Source: Hydrurus foetidus
Taxonomy: Eukaryota
NCBI GenBank assembly: GCA_900617105.1
Contig: UYFQ01000382.1
Location: 1-64,000, forward strand
Length of the DNA stretch: 64,000 nucleotides
Reading direction: 5' to 3'
Within the stretch, counting starts at the first letter, position 1; each line of letters opens with the position of its first letter. Positions 49,824 through 64,000 of this stretch are shown here, in pieces. A model generated the notes under the pieces. It made no database searches, was not told where the DNA came from, and was given only the letters and a program-made list of their open reading frames with translations. A program made the position numbers and the translations under genes.

Positions 49824-52800
49824 ATGTCGAGAACCAAAAAGAAGGCGAGAAAGTCAAACTCAAAGAAGAAGACTACGCCATTTCCTAGGGCGGCGAAGCT
49901 GCCGAAGGCTTTGCCGAAGGCTTTGCAAACGACTGTTCTACCGACTGTATCAACGCCCGCGGAGGAAACTGGATTAATGACTGACTCTGTACAGTCTGTG
50001 GAACCATTAATGAACAACCTGCAGTTGTAGACAAAACCGAAGTGCATTAGAAGTAATCACACGATCAAAGGCGGTGTCAATCAAAATGTTTAGACTTAAC
50101 AGCAAATGAAGTAATTAATAAGAACTGACGGGCTTCTGTGGATACCACCCCTCTCGAAACAATCGTGTTTGGTTTGAAGTCTCGAGACTGGATTATAAGT
50201 GATGTACAATTGCGAATCAAGTGACGCTGATCTGAAATGGGAGAAAGAGTTGCAGGAGATCGAGGAAGATGAGAGATGTGAAGAATCATCGAGCAAGATT
50301 CCGTTACATCTACAGAGCGATTATGCAGCTCATTTTGCGAAGACTGGCATAAGTGAGTCTGAGTAACTTGTCAGTGCTGGGAAAATGGTGCTGCTGTATC
50401 TTCTGTCGCTTTGTTCAAACTGTTAGCTTAGTGAAGAATGTTCTTCTTCAATTCGTTCTTTGTGTTTTCTTGACTTGATGGCAAACGGTATTCTGAAGAG
50501 CGCTGCACTCACGATTCTGATGTTATTCTGAGTGCTGTTGGATGGCAAATACAACTAATACATGTTGATAGATTGGAGATAGCCTACTTCTTACAGTCTT
50601 CATCCAGATGATGTCACTATCTCAAAATAATCTTAAATAATCTTAAGGATACGATTTGAGGCGTCATAACTTTGTAGTTATTAGGAAGAGATGAAGATCT
50701 TGTTGGAACTGAAATTGACGTGTCATGTGATCAACTCACTCAATATGTGTGACTGATATCGCCTTTCATTCAAACACAAAACAACGCATCATCACAGGCC
50801 AGAAGTTGATCATTTTGAGACTGTTAAACTCTTTTCAATGGTGCGTATGTCGGTGTTCTGACGTACTCGGAATATTAAATAGAACACCAGTAAATAAAGT
50901 TCTAGGAGCAATTTCGATAATAAAATATTTCCAAGAAGAAAGTTCCGTGGAAAAAGTGGAAATTATTCTTGAATTTTTTATTCGATTGAATCAAGAGAGA
51001 TTTTGTTCCTTTTTGAGTTCACCGATTTCAGACATTATCCGTGCTGTTGAAATCGGTAAATATCTTGATAGGGAAAATCGAATTTTAATGAGCGAGATTA
51101 TTAACGATTTAAGCTTCGAAGAGTTGTTAGAGGTACAGACAAGCATTCGCTTTATACTGCACTACCTCTGCTGCCCATTCTGTTCATCTTTTCCTGCAGC
51201 AGTCGATGTCATGTATATTCTTTTCCTAAGATTAGAATTCTAGTGTGTCATTGTGAGCTTCGCTCTTGTCTGTGCCATAATTTGTGATGCTTTTATTTTC
51301 AAAAGTCGTCACAATCTTGATTTGCTTTATTTTCATTTGGTGAGTGCAATTTAGCATAACAACCTTATCTCTTAATAAAATCATCTCCATGATAATTTCT
51401 TAGAAATTTACATTGCAATTCTATTAGTGTACCTTTCTGAATATTTTAATTTGTAAGTCCAACTTCTGCTTAACCATCACTATTTCAAAAACAAAAAACA
51501 ACATTGTCATTCACTAAAAAATACAATCACACAAAGGAGACTTTTATATTAATAATCTGTTATCAATGTTTGTTTTATTTCCAGTCAATCGATTTAGCTG
51601 CTAAATCGGATTTTCGAAAATGCAAATTGTGCACCTTGAAAAGACTAGACCGCATAGAATTTCAAAAATTACATCAGGGTGAGTGATATGATGAAGATTT
51701 GTAAAATTGAGAAAGTGATCATTGGGAATAAAGGAATATTATGTCATTAAAAATAAATGTTTTACACTGGATTTTCTTTTCAAACATTTTCCTCACTATC
51801 TATACCATATGTAACGTTTATCTTTTCACTGAACACTTCGTGTGACAGCCTCCACGCAAAGTTGGAATTTATTTTCATTCCTTCATTCTGAACCCCTTTT
51901 TTTTCTTTTTTTCCTACCTATCACGCAATTTTTTTTCCACAGATAAGAATTCTTTTTCGAATTCTGGAATTGGATCCACGAATTTTATTTTACCCGGTAC
52001 TGCGGGAATACATAAATCCGAAATTTGGGTAATTTTTAATGTGCTTTCGTTTTATGTGACTCGATTATTATTATCTTTTTGTTGACAGCAACTATAGAGG
52101 AAGGAGCTGAGAAATAAATAGTCGAAATTGTACTGAAAATACATTTGTGAGACGTATGCAATAGTCATTGACTAATTAATTAATCAATCAATTAATTGAT
52201 TGATTGATTGATTGATTAAGTAGTATTCAATTCCGTGATTTTATTAGGAGTTCATTTCATGCATTCTTCCATGTATTTACTATTAATTATTTTCCGTTTA
52301 CTTCGATTGATTATCGATATAGATTGCTCTCATTCTGAAACCGTTTCCTCGCATTTTATTTCAGTCAAACGAGAATGAGAAACATTTTAATTTTGATCAC
52401 AGCAATCAAAGCATTTATTTCAAAAAAGAATTAATTGATTTGGTTCAAATGTGCGGCAAATGCTATTTAGATGTCAATCAAGAATTGAGCAGCAGCGGAA
52501 GGTAAGAAAAATCAATTTGTTGTGGATGCAACTGTGGGTACAAATGGATGTATTGCGCTTTTCTTGATACATTCTTGACGAATATTGAGTGAAGCAGGGT
52601 CATTGTGATGTATTGGAATACGATGTAACAATGCCGTCTAGTCGTGATTGCGACAATGGCACGATTTTGATGTTGAAATAAGAATGCCAATCGCACGTGA
52701 TATTACGGTATCTTGAGATCATGGTCTGCACTTCCAACTTGATTAATTTCAATTGTCATTTTTGTTGTCTTATTTTCCTCATTTATTTTTATTTGCAGTT

Positions 52801-54560
52801 TTTTTGCCACTTTTTCAGAAGGTAATTATTTTTTATTTTGACTAATAAGAAATTTGGTACAAAAGTTTAAAAAAAATAATCAATATTTACACATCAATAT
52901 TTACACATTTTTTGAAATTCAGATTCACGGAAGTTCATCATCTAGAACCAAAAAAGAAAAAAGAAATTCTGAAAATGCTACGAGAGGATGAAGTGAAAAG
53001 GAGCATTTTAATCGGCCATATTAACAAACAGCGTATGTACAGACGTGCTCGTGATTTTTCCGTGCGTGCTATTGATGCGATGAAAAAAGGAAAATTAGTA
53101 GAAAATGAAAAAAGAAAAAAAGAAAATCTTCAAAATAGCAAAAATGAGAAAATGAAATTAGCAACTGAGATGAAAAATAATTTGATCAGTATTTCCAGAC
53201 AATCTGATGCTAAATGGATTAAAAATGATGTAACATCCTTGGAAACGGAAATTGATCGCATTAGAACAGTGTCGCATTTGATGCATTTTCCGGAATTTAG
53301 ATCCACGAATCAGGCTGGTTCAGAATTTATTTCGATTTTAAATCTTAAAGAAAGCAAAAAGGTAAATACGCTTTTGACGATTATTTGTATTTAGTTTCAA
53401 GTGCGAGTTGTTACTCAAAGAGATATGGAGTGCAGTATCGTGCGGAAATAAGTTGACTCTCCTTTCTACCCATAGATAAATAAGCGTACGCTAATTTTAG
53501 TTTTCGTATTTTGTATACCGCGTGCAAATAAATTTTGAGACAAAAGTGGCAGCCGATGAACTGCCTTCGTTATGACTTTAAATGAACAAAAGAAAACACT
53601 TCTCGTGAATTCGTCTCATCTAATATAATTATTACCATCTAATATTCTCAGATATTCAATGTCGGATATACAGCTGATCCTATTCCGACAGATGAAAAAA
53701 TTCTCGAAAATTGGAAAATTGAAGCATACAATAACGAAGAAAATAGAAAAGAAAAAATAAGACGAGATAATGATGAGAAAAGAAGAGTGAAAGATATTGA
53801 AAATGAGAAGGCGAGGAATATTGTACGTGCGTACATGTACGAACAACGGTATGCCAGGAAAGTCGAGTTAAGAGAAGCAGAGTATGAGGTGAGACTTTTG
53901 TACCAAATATCATGTGAATTAAAGGCACTATTTTTGTGGTCGACATAGTCGTTGCGTTGCTATGCAGATGGCAGTACCGTTTAGTTTCATTTTGATGATA
54001 TGAATGATATCGTTTGTCGTGATTTTCTTGCATGATTGATTTCCTCTGGCTGTTGCTCATACAGCTATCGACATACACTGTGATAGGAAGAAAAAAGAAT
54101 TAAAGAACGTGTTTCTGACAGACTAGATAGAAAAAACATCCGTGTAGCGGAAATGGAAAAAAGAGAAAATAATCTGATGAAAATTTCTGATAGAGAATCA
54201 CGGCTCGAAAATTTTAGAAATGAAGATAGAAAAAGAGAATGTTCCGAAAGAGATAATATGTCGAGAGAGGAACACTTCCAAACACACACCTCGCCACACG
54301 TAACAAACACTGGAAAGAAAAACAACAATATCAGCGAAAGTATAGAAAATAATCGTTTTTTTGATAATTATTGGGGATTGGATGTTCATGCCTTTATGAT
54401 GAAAGAAGAAAAAAGAAAAAAAGTCGAGAAGTGGGAAAGTGAAACGGAGGAATTGAGAAAAGTTTGCGTGAAAATTAAATTGATTGAGCCGTATAGTGAA
54501 GAAATCAAGTTCGAGAGAAAAGGAAAATTTAATATTTCCACTCAAAAAATAATTTTATAA
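49824..54560 (+). CDS. Multi-exon hypothetical charged/coiled-coil protein; 5' part uncertain or disrupted
   Basis: Coding-like segments bounded by splice sites at ~50800-51133, ~52923-53361, ~53652-53848 and ~54087-54560; the first exon has frame breaks I could not resolve. Confidence 0.4.
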
Positions 54561-55022
54561 AATTATCACAGTGCGTTTTTGTTCGTTTAGTTTTTTTAAT
54601 TTCTTATCATAACTTTCGTTCGATGGCTTCTATGTTAAATATTCTGCAAGCATTTTCTGAGATATAACGATTCGTCTGTTTCTTCTACAGTGTCTCATTT
54701 TAACAGTACGTCCGATTTTACCACTCGATGATTTGCCATATTAATAAGACATAATAAATTCGTTTTTTTTGTGTTTTCTCCATTGAGAGTGGGAAGCAAA
54801 AGTTCTTGTAAAAATTGAGAAATTAAATTTGAAAAGGATGTAGTAGAAAAATAAAAAAATTGGAAATGATGTCGATACGCCACCAAGTAAACTATCGCAA
54901 AAGAGAAGAAAGGTAGAATGTGTAAAAATTGAACACAAATGAACATTTGATGTGATTCGTATTTACAAAATAAAAAATAAAGTCCTTACAAATTATCGTA
55001 TGATATTTGATCTCTAAAACGG

Positions 55023-58000
55023 TCACTTTTTGTCAAGTTTCGATTTCGGCTCTTCGTCTTCCACGTGTCTGTCGGATGCGTACGTACGTAAGTCGCATAC
55101 CGATACTGTAATAAAAGGGATAATTGAGTTTAGTTGTGACGTCAACAATGTAGTGTTTCCACAAGTCGTTAATTTTAAATGGTTTCATGTTTTTCTTTTA
55201 TACCTGATCCGTTGTCCGCACTTATCATCTGACAAATCTCCTTGGCTTCCGAAACAGAAACGTTCCTCTCAAGAATGTCGTTTATAGCGGTCTTCTTCTT
55301 TATCGCGTGAATTTGGGCCTAATATATGGAAGTGTCATTTAATTTAGTACGGCATGAAATGCAATACATGACATCGCACTTTGTTCCATCGCATGGCGTT
55401 TCATCACATCACAATACCACATAACATATCATAACATACGATAGGAAATAAGAAGATATCACATCATATCACATAACATCAACTGTGATGGCCATGGTAG
55501 CAATTATCCCACCTAACATACACCACATTACAGCAAAGCATAAATAGTGTAATCATAACAACATCTTCTTTCTTTGTTCCTCTTTTTTTCTTTCTTTCGA
55601 CTTTCTTTTTTTCCTTTATTTATTCATTTATCTATTGATTTATTTTTTCTTACCTCCAGGGCTTCTACCTCTTCTCTTTCTTTCTTCGACTCCACGTACT
55701 GCAGTAATTCTCGTACGGACACTAATGACACGTACGTTACGATCGTATTTGTGTGTGGTAAGTTGGGAGAAGGTTTGAGATGAACAGTGAGAAAGATGGT
55801 GAGGGTTCAGGCATGAAATTGCAGATGAACGGGTCGAAGTTGGAGGAGGGTGAGCAGAGTAGGCATACGAGGAAGAATACATAACAAAGAAAAACAGAGC
55901 AAAGGAAGGGATTCTTTGCTCCTTGTCACCTTTTCCGTCGTTGTTTCTGTCGATCAGCATGACTATCTCCTGGGCCTCCTCCTCGCTGATGGACCTCTTC
56001 AGGATCTTTTTAATGGCTCCTTTCAGCTCTGCGACAGTCAGTTCACCGTCCTTGTCGAGATCTAACAGGTTCAAACTGTCGCCCAGTGCCTGCTCATTTG
56101 AATCAAGAGTGAGTAATATGTTAATCGTTTCAGATCTGTAGATTATAGTGGTAAAATATACTAACACATTTTTCATTTTTCGATATTAACACAAACGATA
56201 TCAACGATCAAATCGATGGCAAATATTTTATTGTACGTGCTGAGCAGACATTGAGCATCACATCACACAATTTTTGTTGACACTTTTTAAAAATGGGGAT
56301 ATTTGACATGACTAGATAAACTATTCTTTTTTTGCACATAAAGCTGAGATAAACATAAATAAATAGTACTAGATTCTACCTTTTCTGTAGAGTCTATTTT
56401 GGACTGTAATTTGTCCAACATGGCTGTGAGTACGTCTTTCATACGTGCAACGCTCTTGTCCGTCTCATCCTCCACCACTACTTCTTTTCCGTGCGAAACA
56501 TCCTGAAAAAATATCAAGTACATTGAATTACAAATAAGGCGGCGTAAATAATTAAAGCAACGAAGGAAAAAAATGTAGACATTTTTTACAGATCGGGACG
56601 GAGCATATCATAAATATACTTAATAATCACATCTAATTGTCTTATTCGGCATCTAATTGACTTATTCGGCATCTTGTAATCTGGATGATTACCTCTGTTG
56701 CGGCCTCGGGGGTTTCTCCTGATGTCCAGAGAGAGGGGTCGGACAGAAGCACTGACTCGGACGCTACGGAGTGGGGGACGGAGAGGAAAGAGGTAGGAAG
56801 AGAGGGTAAGAATGAAGAGGGGGGAAGAGGAGAAGGGGGAGAGAGAGATGGGGGGAAGGGAAGAAAGAGGAAGGTGGAGAGAGAAGAGAGATGGAGAAAT
56901 GGATGAAAAAATGTAGGATCGGAAAGAGGGAATCCTTTCCAGCTCCGCCATACTGCCGTCCTGAAAGATAAAGATCAAGTTGAAGATCAAGTTGAGAGGG
57001 GGGGTTTGAGAAGAAGATAGATGAGTGAAGATGGGGGAAATAGGGAGGGAAGGTGAGGGATATGGAGGTGGCGTCGATTGAGAGGGGTGAAAGTAATGTC
57101 GCTTCGGAGACGCAGATCCAGAACAGTACGCCACATGGCATAACACCGAGTTGCATCACATCGCGTCATATGACACCATATCGATTCACATCACATCATT
57201 TCAATTCACATCACATCACTTCACATCACACCAATTCACTTCACATCACGTCACACCAAAACTCACCCTGCTGTTTCTCATCAATTCTTCCAGTTCTAGA
57301 TTCGCTTTCAGTGCAGCGAACTCGGCTTTCTCTCGTCCAACCTAATTAATTCAATAGGAGCAATATCACGTGAGGAGAAACACTTTAGAATATGACCATA
57401 ACATAATATTCGCAACATAACGACAAAACATGCAAAGCGTCCAAACCAGGGAAATAAACAGTGCAATAATCAGTGATAAATAATAGTGTGAAGTAGTGCG
57501 GCACTAACCGCCGAGCCTCTCGCCAGGTCGCTGATCGCTTCTGCTTCGGAAAGGGTCAGCTGCAGACCCTTCCTGTCCTCGTCCTCGTGATCGGATACTG
57601 GGTATGGGGAAAGGGGGGTAAGGTGAGAAGGTCAGGTCTGGTACTGGGTAGAAGGAGATATGGGTAGAGGTAGGGGTGAGGAGTGGGGTAGGGGTGAGGA
57701 GTGGGGTAGGGTTAGGGGTGAGATAAGGATAAGAGGGTCAGGTCAAATACTGGTGGGATGGGGTGGGACGTGATGGGACGAATGAAGTGCTGTGTGGCAC
57801 AGTGAGATTATGCAGTATGCCAGAGTAAGAGAAGAGAAGAATGGGATGAGAGAGGTGATGGGGAAAGATAGAGATAGGATGGAGCAAGGTGAGAATGTAG
57901 GAGAGTGAGAGACAGGAGAGTGAACTATGTCATACACAAAGGATAAAAACCAAAAATGAATAGACAAGAAAATGAAAGATAAAATAAAGAGGATTAAAAT

Positions 58001-58371
58001 GGAAATAGGAGAGAAAAAGGGATATTTAAACAAGATATAAGTGGCACAGAATAACTTCCAAGTGTTTTCTAATCGACAAGCTCCCTCCCCCACCTTTGGC
58101 GGCTTTCTCCTGAGCAGCGAAGGTCTTCTCGTCTCCAGTGCCGACTGAGCCCAGCACGTACGGTGTAACAGATTCCGTGTTTAGGCTGGCAGTTGACGCG
58201 GAAGACTCTGTGTGGATTTCATTAGTTCATTTGAATTGTTCGGATTGTCCGATAATAAGTAAAGTGATGAGATGAAGGGAGTGAAGTAGAGGGAACAGTG
58301 AAGGTTGTCAAGTGTACTTCGACAGAGAGACGACTGACAATACACCACACACATACACAGACGAACAGATA

Positions 58372-58408
<37 letters not shown>

Positions 58409-60727
58409 GAAGAGGTTGCTCTAATAGAAAAAGATGCGAGCACAGACTGGCACTCTAAATAGAACACGTGCGCACCTATCTGTGCTATAGCTGGAGGCTC
58501 AGCAAGCAATTTAGTACTCGACTCTTGGGCCGCCAAGTAGGTCAGTCGTACTTGCTTCGCTTCTTCTGTCTCCTCTCTTTCTTCCTCAATCAACTCTCTT
58601 TGGAACTGGAAAGGGATGGGATGGGACGGGACGGGATGAAAAGGGAGGAGCAGAGACAAATGAGAAAGGATGAAATGATATGGGATGAGACAGGATGAAA
58701 CGAAATAGAGGGGGATGAGATGAGAAGGGATGGAATGAAGATGGAATGACATGGACTGAAATAGGATGACAGGGTGTAGCATCCAAGAGCGTGACTCACG
58801 CAACACTTAAAACAATGCACTGTTATAATAACAAGTGTACAAGCATGAATAAAAAGAAACACAAAATTGGATGAAACTAATCACACAATAACACAGAACA
58901 TAAAATGAAAATATATTAACAACAGAATTGCTATTGTCATACTAATAATGTGATTGCATGACGCACTGTATCGATGATCGTATTGCGGTACCTGGATAGA
59001 TTCCATTTTCCTCATTTGCATATCCACGGAATTGCTTTCACTAACGTTGGCGTTGGCGAGAACCACTTCGTTGATGGTGTCGGAATCCAACTGAGAGACA
59101 GGGTGGGATGGCGTAAGTCGATCAGAAATAGAATGGGAAGAAATGGAACAGTGTGGAAGAATTGAGGATGGGAGAGGTTGAGGAGATTAGATGTTGGGTA
59201 GGGGTCTTAAAAAGGAGGAGCGAAGGAGGGGAGGAAGGAACGACAGAAGAGAGATGATGAGAAAAAGAGCAGTGAAGTCAAGAGGAGACAAGGAGGAGTA
59301 GAGAGAGACAGAAGTATTTTATTTCCTGTACTCACCGATGATATCGAGCTTCTGAGCAAGTCTTCGCTGTTTGAGAAAGAGGAAGTGAGCATGAAGGCTC
59401 TGCTCATGATGAGAAGGGAAATAGGAATGCTCTTCTGAATGGATAAATCCAACCACTCCTATGAGGAGATATCGTAGAAGAGTAGAGGTGTGTTCAACAA
59501 AGGAGTGTTTGAGTGAAATGTGGTGAGGGGGGAGGGGGCGGATGAGAAGAAGATAAAGGATTAAAGTATAAGACAGGAGTAAGCAAGAGGAATTGTGATA
59601 TAGATAAATGATCACATAAATGAAGGACTGAAGAAATAAAAAAAAAAAAAATAAATAAAAAAATGAAAGAAGAAAGTGAAGAAAGGAAGGAAGAAATATT
59701 GCGAATGCAAGGTAGACATGGTCTCTTTCGCAGCTCTTGAATACGAGACACTTCACATAATGATATCTCCTAACACGGAACTGGTAAACATAATCACAAA
59801 AATCCATTCTTATTCATAACATTTAGAAAGTGCCCTAATGAAAGTTGGGGAAGAAAACGGTCAGTTTGAATCATTTTTAGTACGTACTTGAAGTTGTCTT
59901 TTGTATCCGAACTGCGTGAGACCGACCGACTGCATCCCTCTCTCCTGACACGCCTCTCTCAGCTCTTGGTTCGTGAGCACGTCAATTCCCTCCCACAGAA
60001 TACGTCTGAGAAAAGAAAGGAGGAGATTGAGTAGAGGGGGTAAGAGGAGGAAAATGAAATCAGAAAAGGTAAGGGAAAAGAAAAACATTAGAAGACAGGA
60101 AGCTTTATATTAGATTGTAATAGATTCTAATCTACCTATATACCTATCTATCCACACACTCCCTCCCTCCCTCTCTCACCCAATCACTCACTCACTCACG
60201 CATTCACTCCCTCTCCCTCACCCAATCACTCCCTCCCTCATTCATATCATCTATGTCACCTGTCGTCTTCTTTGATCGCTCTCAGTTTGGTTCTCAGCTG
60301 AAATCGAAGGAAGGCATCGGCACCTAACGACCATCAAACGGAGAATAGAGTGGAACTTAATTGTCAGATTAGATGAAGATGGAGCGTATTGGGCGAGAGT
60401 TAGGGGGTAAGGATCAGGGTCATCGATTCGTTATTCAAATTAGCTCCTATTTCATCTAATTTGCTATGCCGGTAATTGTCATTCGATGATCGGCAAACAG
60501 CAATGACTGTCATAACAAGCTAGCAGTCATGTGTGAATCAGAACACTCCCTTGTTCCGTTACTGTTCCGTTTAGATGCACATACAATATAATAGAATATC
60601 ATAGAAAACGATGAAAATAAATGTGAAGAAGAGTAACGTACCGTATTGCGGTAGTCCCATGTACTGACACATGGACACTAGCTGGGGTCTGGCAACATTA
60701 CCCAGTGTCAACTCGTCCTTAAACAAT
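55023..60727 (-). CDS. LETM1: LETM1 / Mdm38 mitochondrial inner-membrane EF-hand protein, 3' exons; the 5' exons lie beyond the tandem array and window edge
   Basis: Spliced LFKDELTLGNVARPQLVSMCQYMGL-PQYG-ADAFLRFQLR...KEDDR-RILWEG...ELREACQERGM...EWLDLS...IPISLLIMSRAF, coiled coil, EF-hands DLDKDGELTVAE and DRNNDGKVSVRE. Confidence 0.93.
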
Positions 60728-60902
60728 CTTAAAAGAAAAAGAAAAAATGAGACAATAAGTTTTAGGACGGCACACTGCAGTAAGCTTTTGTAACATAGAA
60801 GGTGATGTAATGCAACGCAACGCATCATAACACAAGCCAATATCATACTACAACACGATTCGGCGAAATTGCATTAAACAATAAACAACATATCAATTTA
60901 CG

Positions 60903-63900
60903 TACAACAGGATAGAGACAATAGCATATCGCATCACATCATCAGATGACATCATGTAATGCTAGATAATCAGTACCTCGCAATTCTTATCACATACAAC
61001 AGGATAGAGACAGTAGCATATCGCATCACATCATCAGATGACATCATGCAATGCTAGATAATCAGTACCTCGCAATTCTTGTCACATACAACAGGATAGA
61101 GACAGTAGCATATCGCATCACATCATCAGATGACATCATGTAATGCTAGATAATCAGTACCTCGCAATTCTTATTACATACAACAGGATAGAGACAGTAG
61201 CATATCGCATCACATCATCAGATGACATCATGTAATGCTAGATAATCAGTACCTCGCAATTCTTGTCACATACAACAGGATAGAGACAGTAGCATATCGC
61301 ATCACATCATCAGATGACATCATGTAATGCTAGATAATCAGTACCTCGCAATTCTTATCACATACAACAGGATAGAGACAGTAGCATATCGCATCACATC
61401 ATCAGATGACATCATGTAATGCTAGATAATCAGTACCTCGCAATTCTTGTCACATACAACAGGATAGAGACAGTAGCATATCGCATCACATCATCAGATG
61501 ACATCATGTAATGCTAGATAATCAGTACCTCGCAATTCTTATCACATACAACAGGATAGAGACAGTAGCATATCGCATCACATCATCAGATGACATCATG
61601 CAATGCTAGATAATCAGTACCTCGCAATTCTTATCACATACAACAGGATAGAGACAGTAGCATATCGCATCACATCATCAGATGACATCATGCAATGCTA
61701 GATAATCAGTACCTCGCAGTTCTTATCACATACAACAGGATAGAGACAGTAGCATATCGCATCACATCATCAGATGACATCATGTAATGCTAGATAATCA
61801 GTACCTCGCAGTTCTTATCACATACAACAGGATAGAGACAGTAGCATACCGCATCACATCATCAGATGACATCATGTAATGCTAGATAATCAGTACCTCG
61901 CAATTCTTGTCACATACAACAGGATAGAGACAGTAGCATATCGCATCACATCATCAGATGACATCATGTAATGCTAGATAATCAGTACCTCGCAATTCTT
62001 ATCACATACAACAGGATAGAGACAGTAGCATATCGCATCACATCATCAGATGACATCATGTAATGCTAGATAATCAGTACCTCGCAATTCTTGTCACATA
62101 CAACAGGATAGAGACAGTAGCATATCGCATCACATCATCAGATGACATCATGTAATGCTAGATAATCAGTACCTCGCAATTCTTATCACATACAACAGGA
62201 TAGAGACAGTAGCATATCGCATCACATCATCAGATGACATCATGTAATGCTAGATAATCAGTACCTCGCAATTCTTATCACATACAACAGGATAGAGACA
62301 GTAGCATATCGCATCACATCATCAGATGACATCATGTAATGCTAGATAATCAGTACCTCGCAATTCTTATCACATACAACAGGATAGAGACAGTAGCATA
62401 TCGCATCACATCATCAGATGACATCATGTAATGCTAGATAATCAGTACCTCGCAATTCTTATCACATACAACAGGATAGAGACAGTAGCATATCGCATCA
62501 CATCATCAGATGACATCATGTAATGCTAGATAATCAGTACCTCGCAATTCTTGTCACATACAACAGGATAGAGACAGTAGCATATCGCATCACATCATCA
62601 GATGACATCATGTAATGCTAGATAATCAGTACCTCGCAATTCTTATCACATACAACAGGATAGAGACAGTAGCATATCGCATCACATCATCAGATGACAT
62701 CATGTAATGCTAGATAATCAGTACCTCGCAATTCTTATCACATACAACAGGATAGAGACAGTAGCATATCGCATCACATCATCAGATGACATCATGTAAT
62801 GCTAGATAATCAGTACCTCGCAATTCTTATCACATACAACAGGATAGAGACAGTAGCATATCGCATCACATCATCAGATGACATCATGTAATGCTAGATA
62901 ATCAGTACCTCGCAATTCTTATCACATACAACAGGATAGAGACAGTAGCATATCGCATCACATCATCAGATGACATCATGTAATGCTAGATAATCAGTAC
63001 CTCGCAATTCTTATCACATACAACAGGATAGAGACAGTAGCATATCGCATCACATCATCAGATGACATCATGTAATGCTAGATAATCAGTACCTCGCAAT
63101 TCTTGTCACATACAACAGGATAGAGACAGTAGCATATCGCATCACATCATCAGATGACATCATGTAATGCTAGATAATCAGTACCTCGCAATTCTTATCA
63201 CATACAACAGGATAGAGACAGTAGCATATCGCATCACATCATCAGATGACATCATGTAATGCTAGATAATCAGTACCTCGCAATTCTTATCACATACAAC
63301 AGGATAGAGACAGTAGCATATCGCATCACATCATCAGATGACATCATGTAATGCTAGATAATCAGTACCTCGCAATTCTTGTCACATACAACAGGATAGA
63401 GACAGTAGCATATCGCATCACATCATCAGATGACATCATGTAATGCTAGATAATCAGTACCTCGCAATTCTTATCACATACAACAGGATAGAGACAGTAG
63501 CATATCGCATCACATCATCAGATGACATCATGTAATGCTAGATAATCAGTACCTCGCAATTCTTATCACATACAACAGGATAGAGACAGTAGCATATCGC
63601 ATCACATCATCAGATGACATCATGTAATGCTAGATAATCAGTACCTCGCAATTCTTGTCACATACAACAGGATAGAGACAGTAGCATATCGCATCACATC
63701 ATCAGATGACATCATGTAATGCTAGATAATCAGTACCTCGCAATTCTTATCACATACAACAGGATAGAGACAGTAGCATATCGCATCACATCATCAGATG
63801 ACATCATGTAATGCTAGATAATCAGTACCTCGCAATTCTTATCACATACAACAGGATAGAGACAGTAGCATATCGCATCACATCATCAGATGACATCATG

Positions 63901-64000
63901 TAATGCTAGATAATCAGTACCTCGCAATTCTTGTCACATACAACAGGATAGAGACAGTAGCATATCGCATCACATCATCAGATGACATCATGTAATGCTA
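60903..64000. repeat. 92-bp tandem array, >33 near-identical copies, running off the window, inside a LETM1 intron
   Basis: Unit tacaacaggatagagacagtagcatatcgcatcacatcatcagatgacatcatgtaatgctagataatcagtacctcgcaattcttatcaca, with only a few recurring single-base variants. Confidence 0.98.

Noticed and set aside
60903..64000. CRISPR-like array
   Set aside because: Units are contiguous and near-identical with no unique spacers, there are no cas genes, and the context is a eukaryotic intron

Overview
Eukaryotic nuclear DNA, most likely from a plastid-bearing stramenopile (inferred from an intron-rich gene with a signal peptide plus SAF plastid-targeting motif and from diatom-like Copia elements). 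Bases ~1-32,300 are a nested transposon island. A Tourist-like MITE is split by Copia element A (1936-9084), which itself carries a Tc1/mariner-type MITE in RT and a foldback element in its 3' LTR. A DIRS/Ngaro-type tyrosine-recombinase retroelement is split by the very young Copia element B (14816-22659). These are followed by a hAT element, a truncated Copia, a two-ORF PIF/Harbinger element with another MITE inside it, and a palindromic MITE. Bases ~33,700-64,000 hold host genes: a GT23 (alpha-1,6-fucosyltransferase-like) gene, a small plastid-targeted protein, two large hypothetical genes and LETM1. The two most notable observations are (i) a 92-bp tandem array (>33 copies) that appears to be an amplified LETM1 exon/5' splice-site junction and (ii) a Tf1-like self-priming site replacing the tRNA PBS in Copia A. 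All calls were made by eye; no database searches were run.
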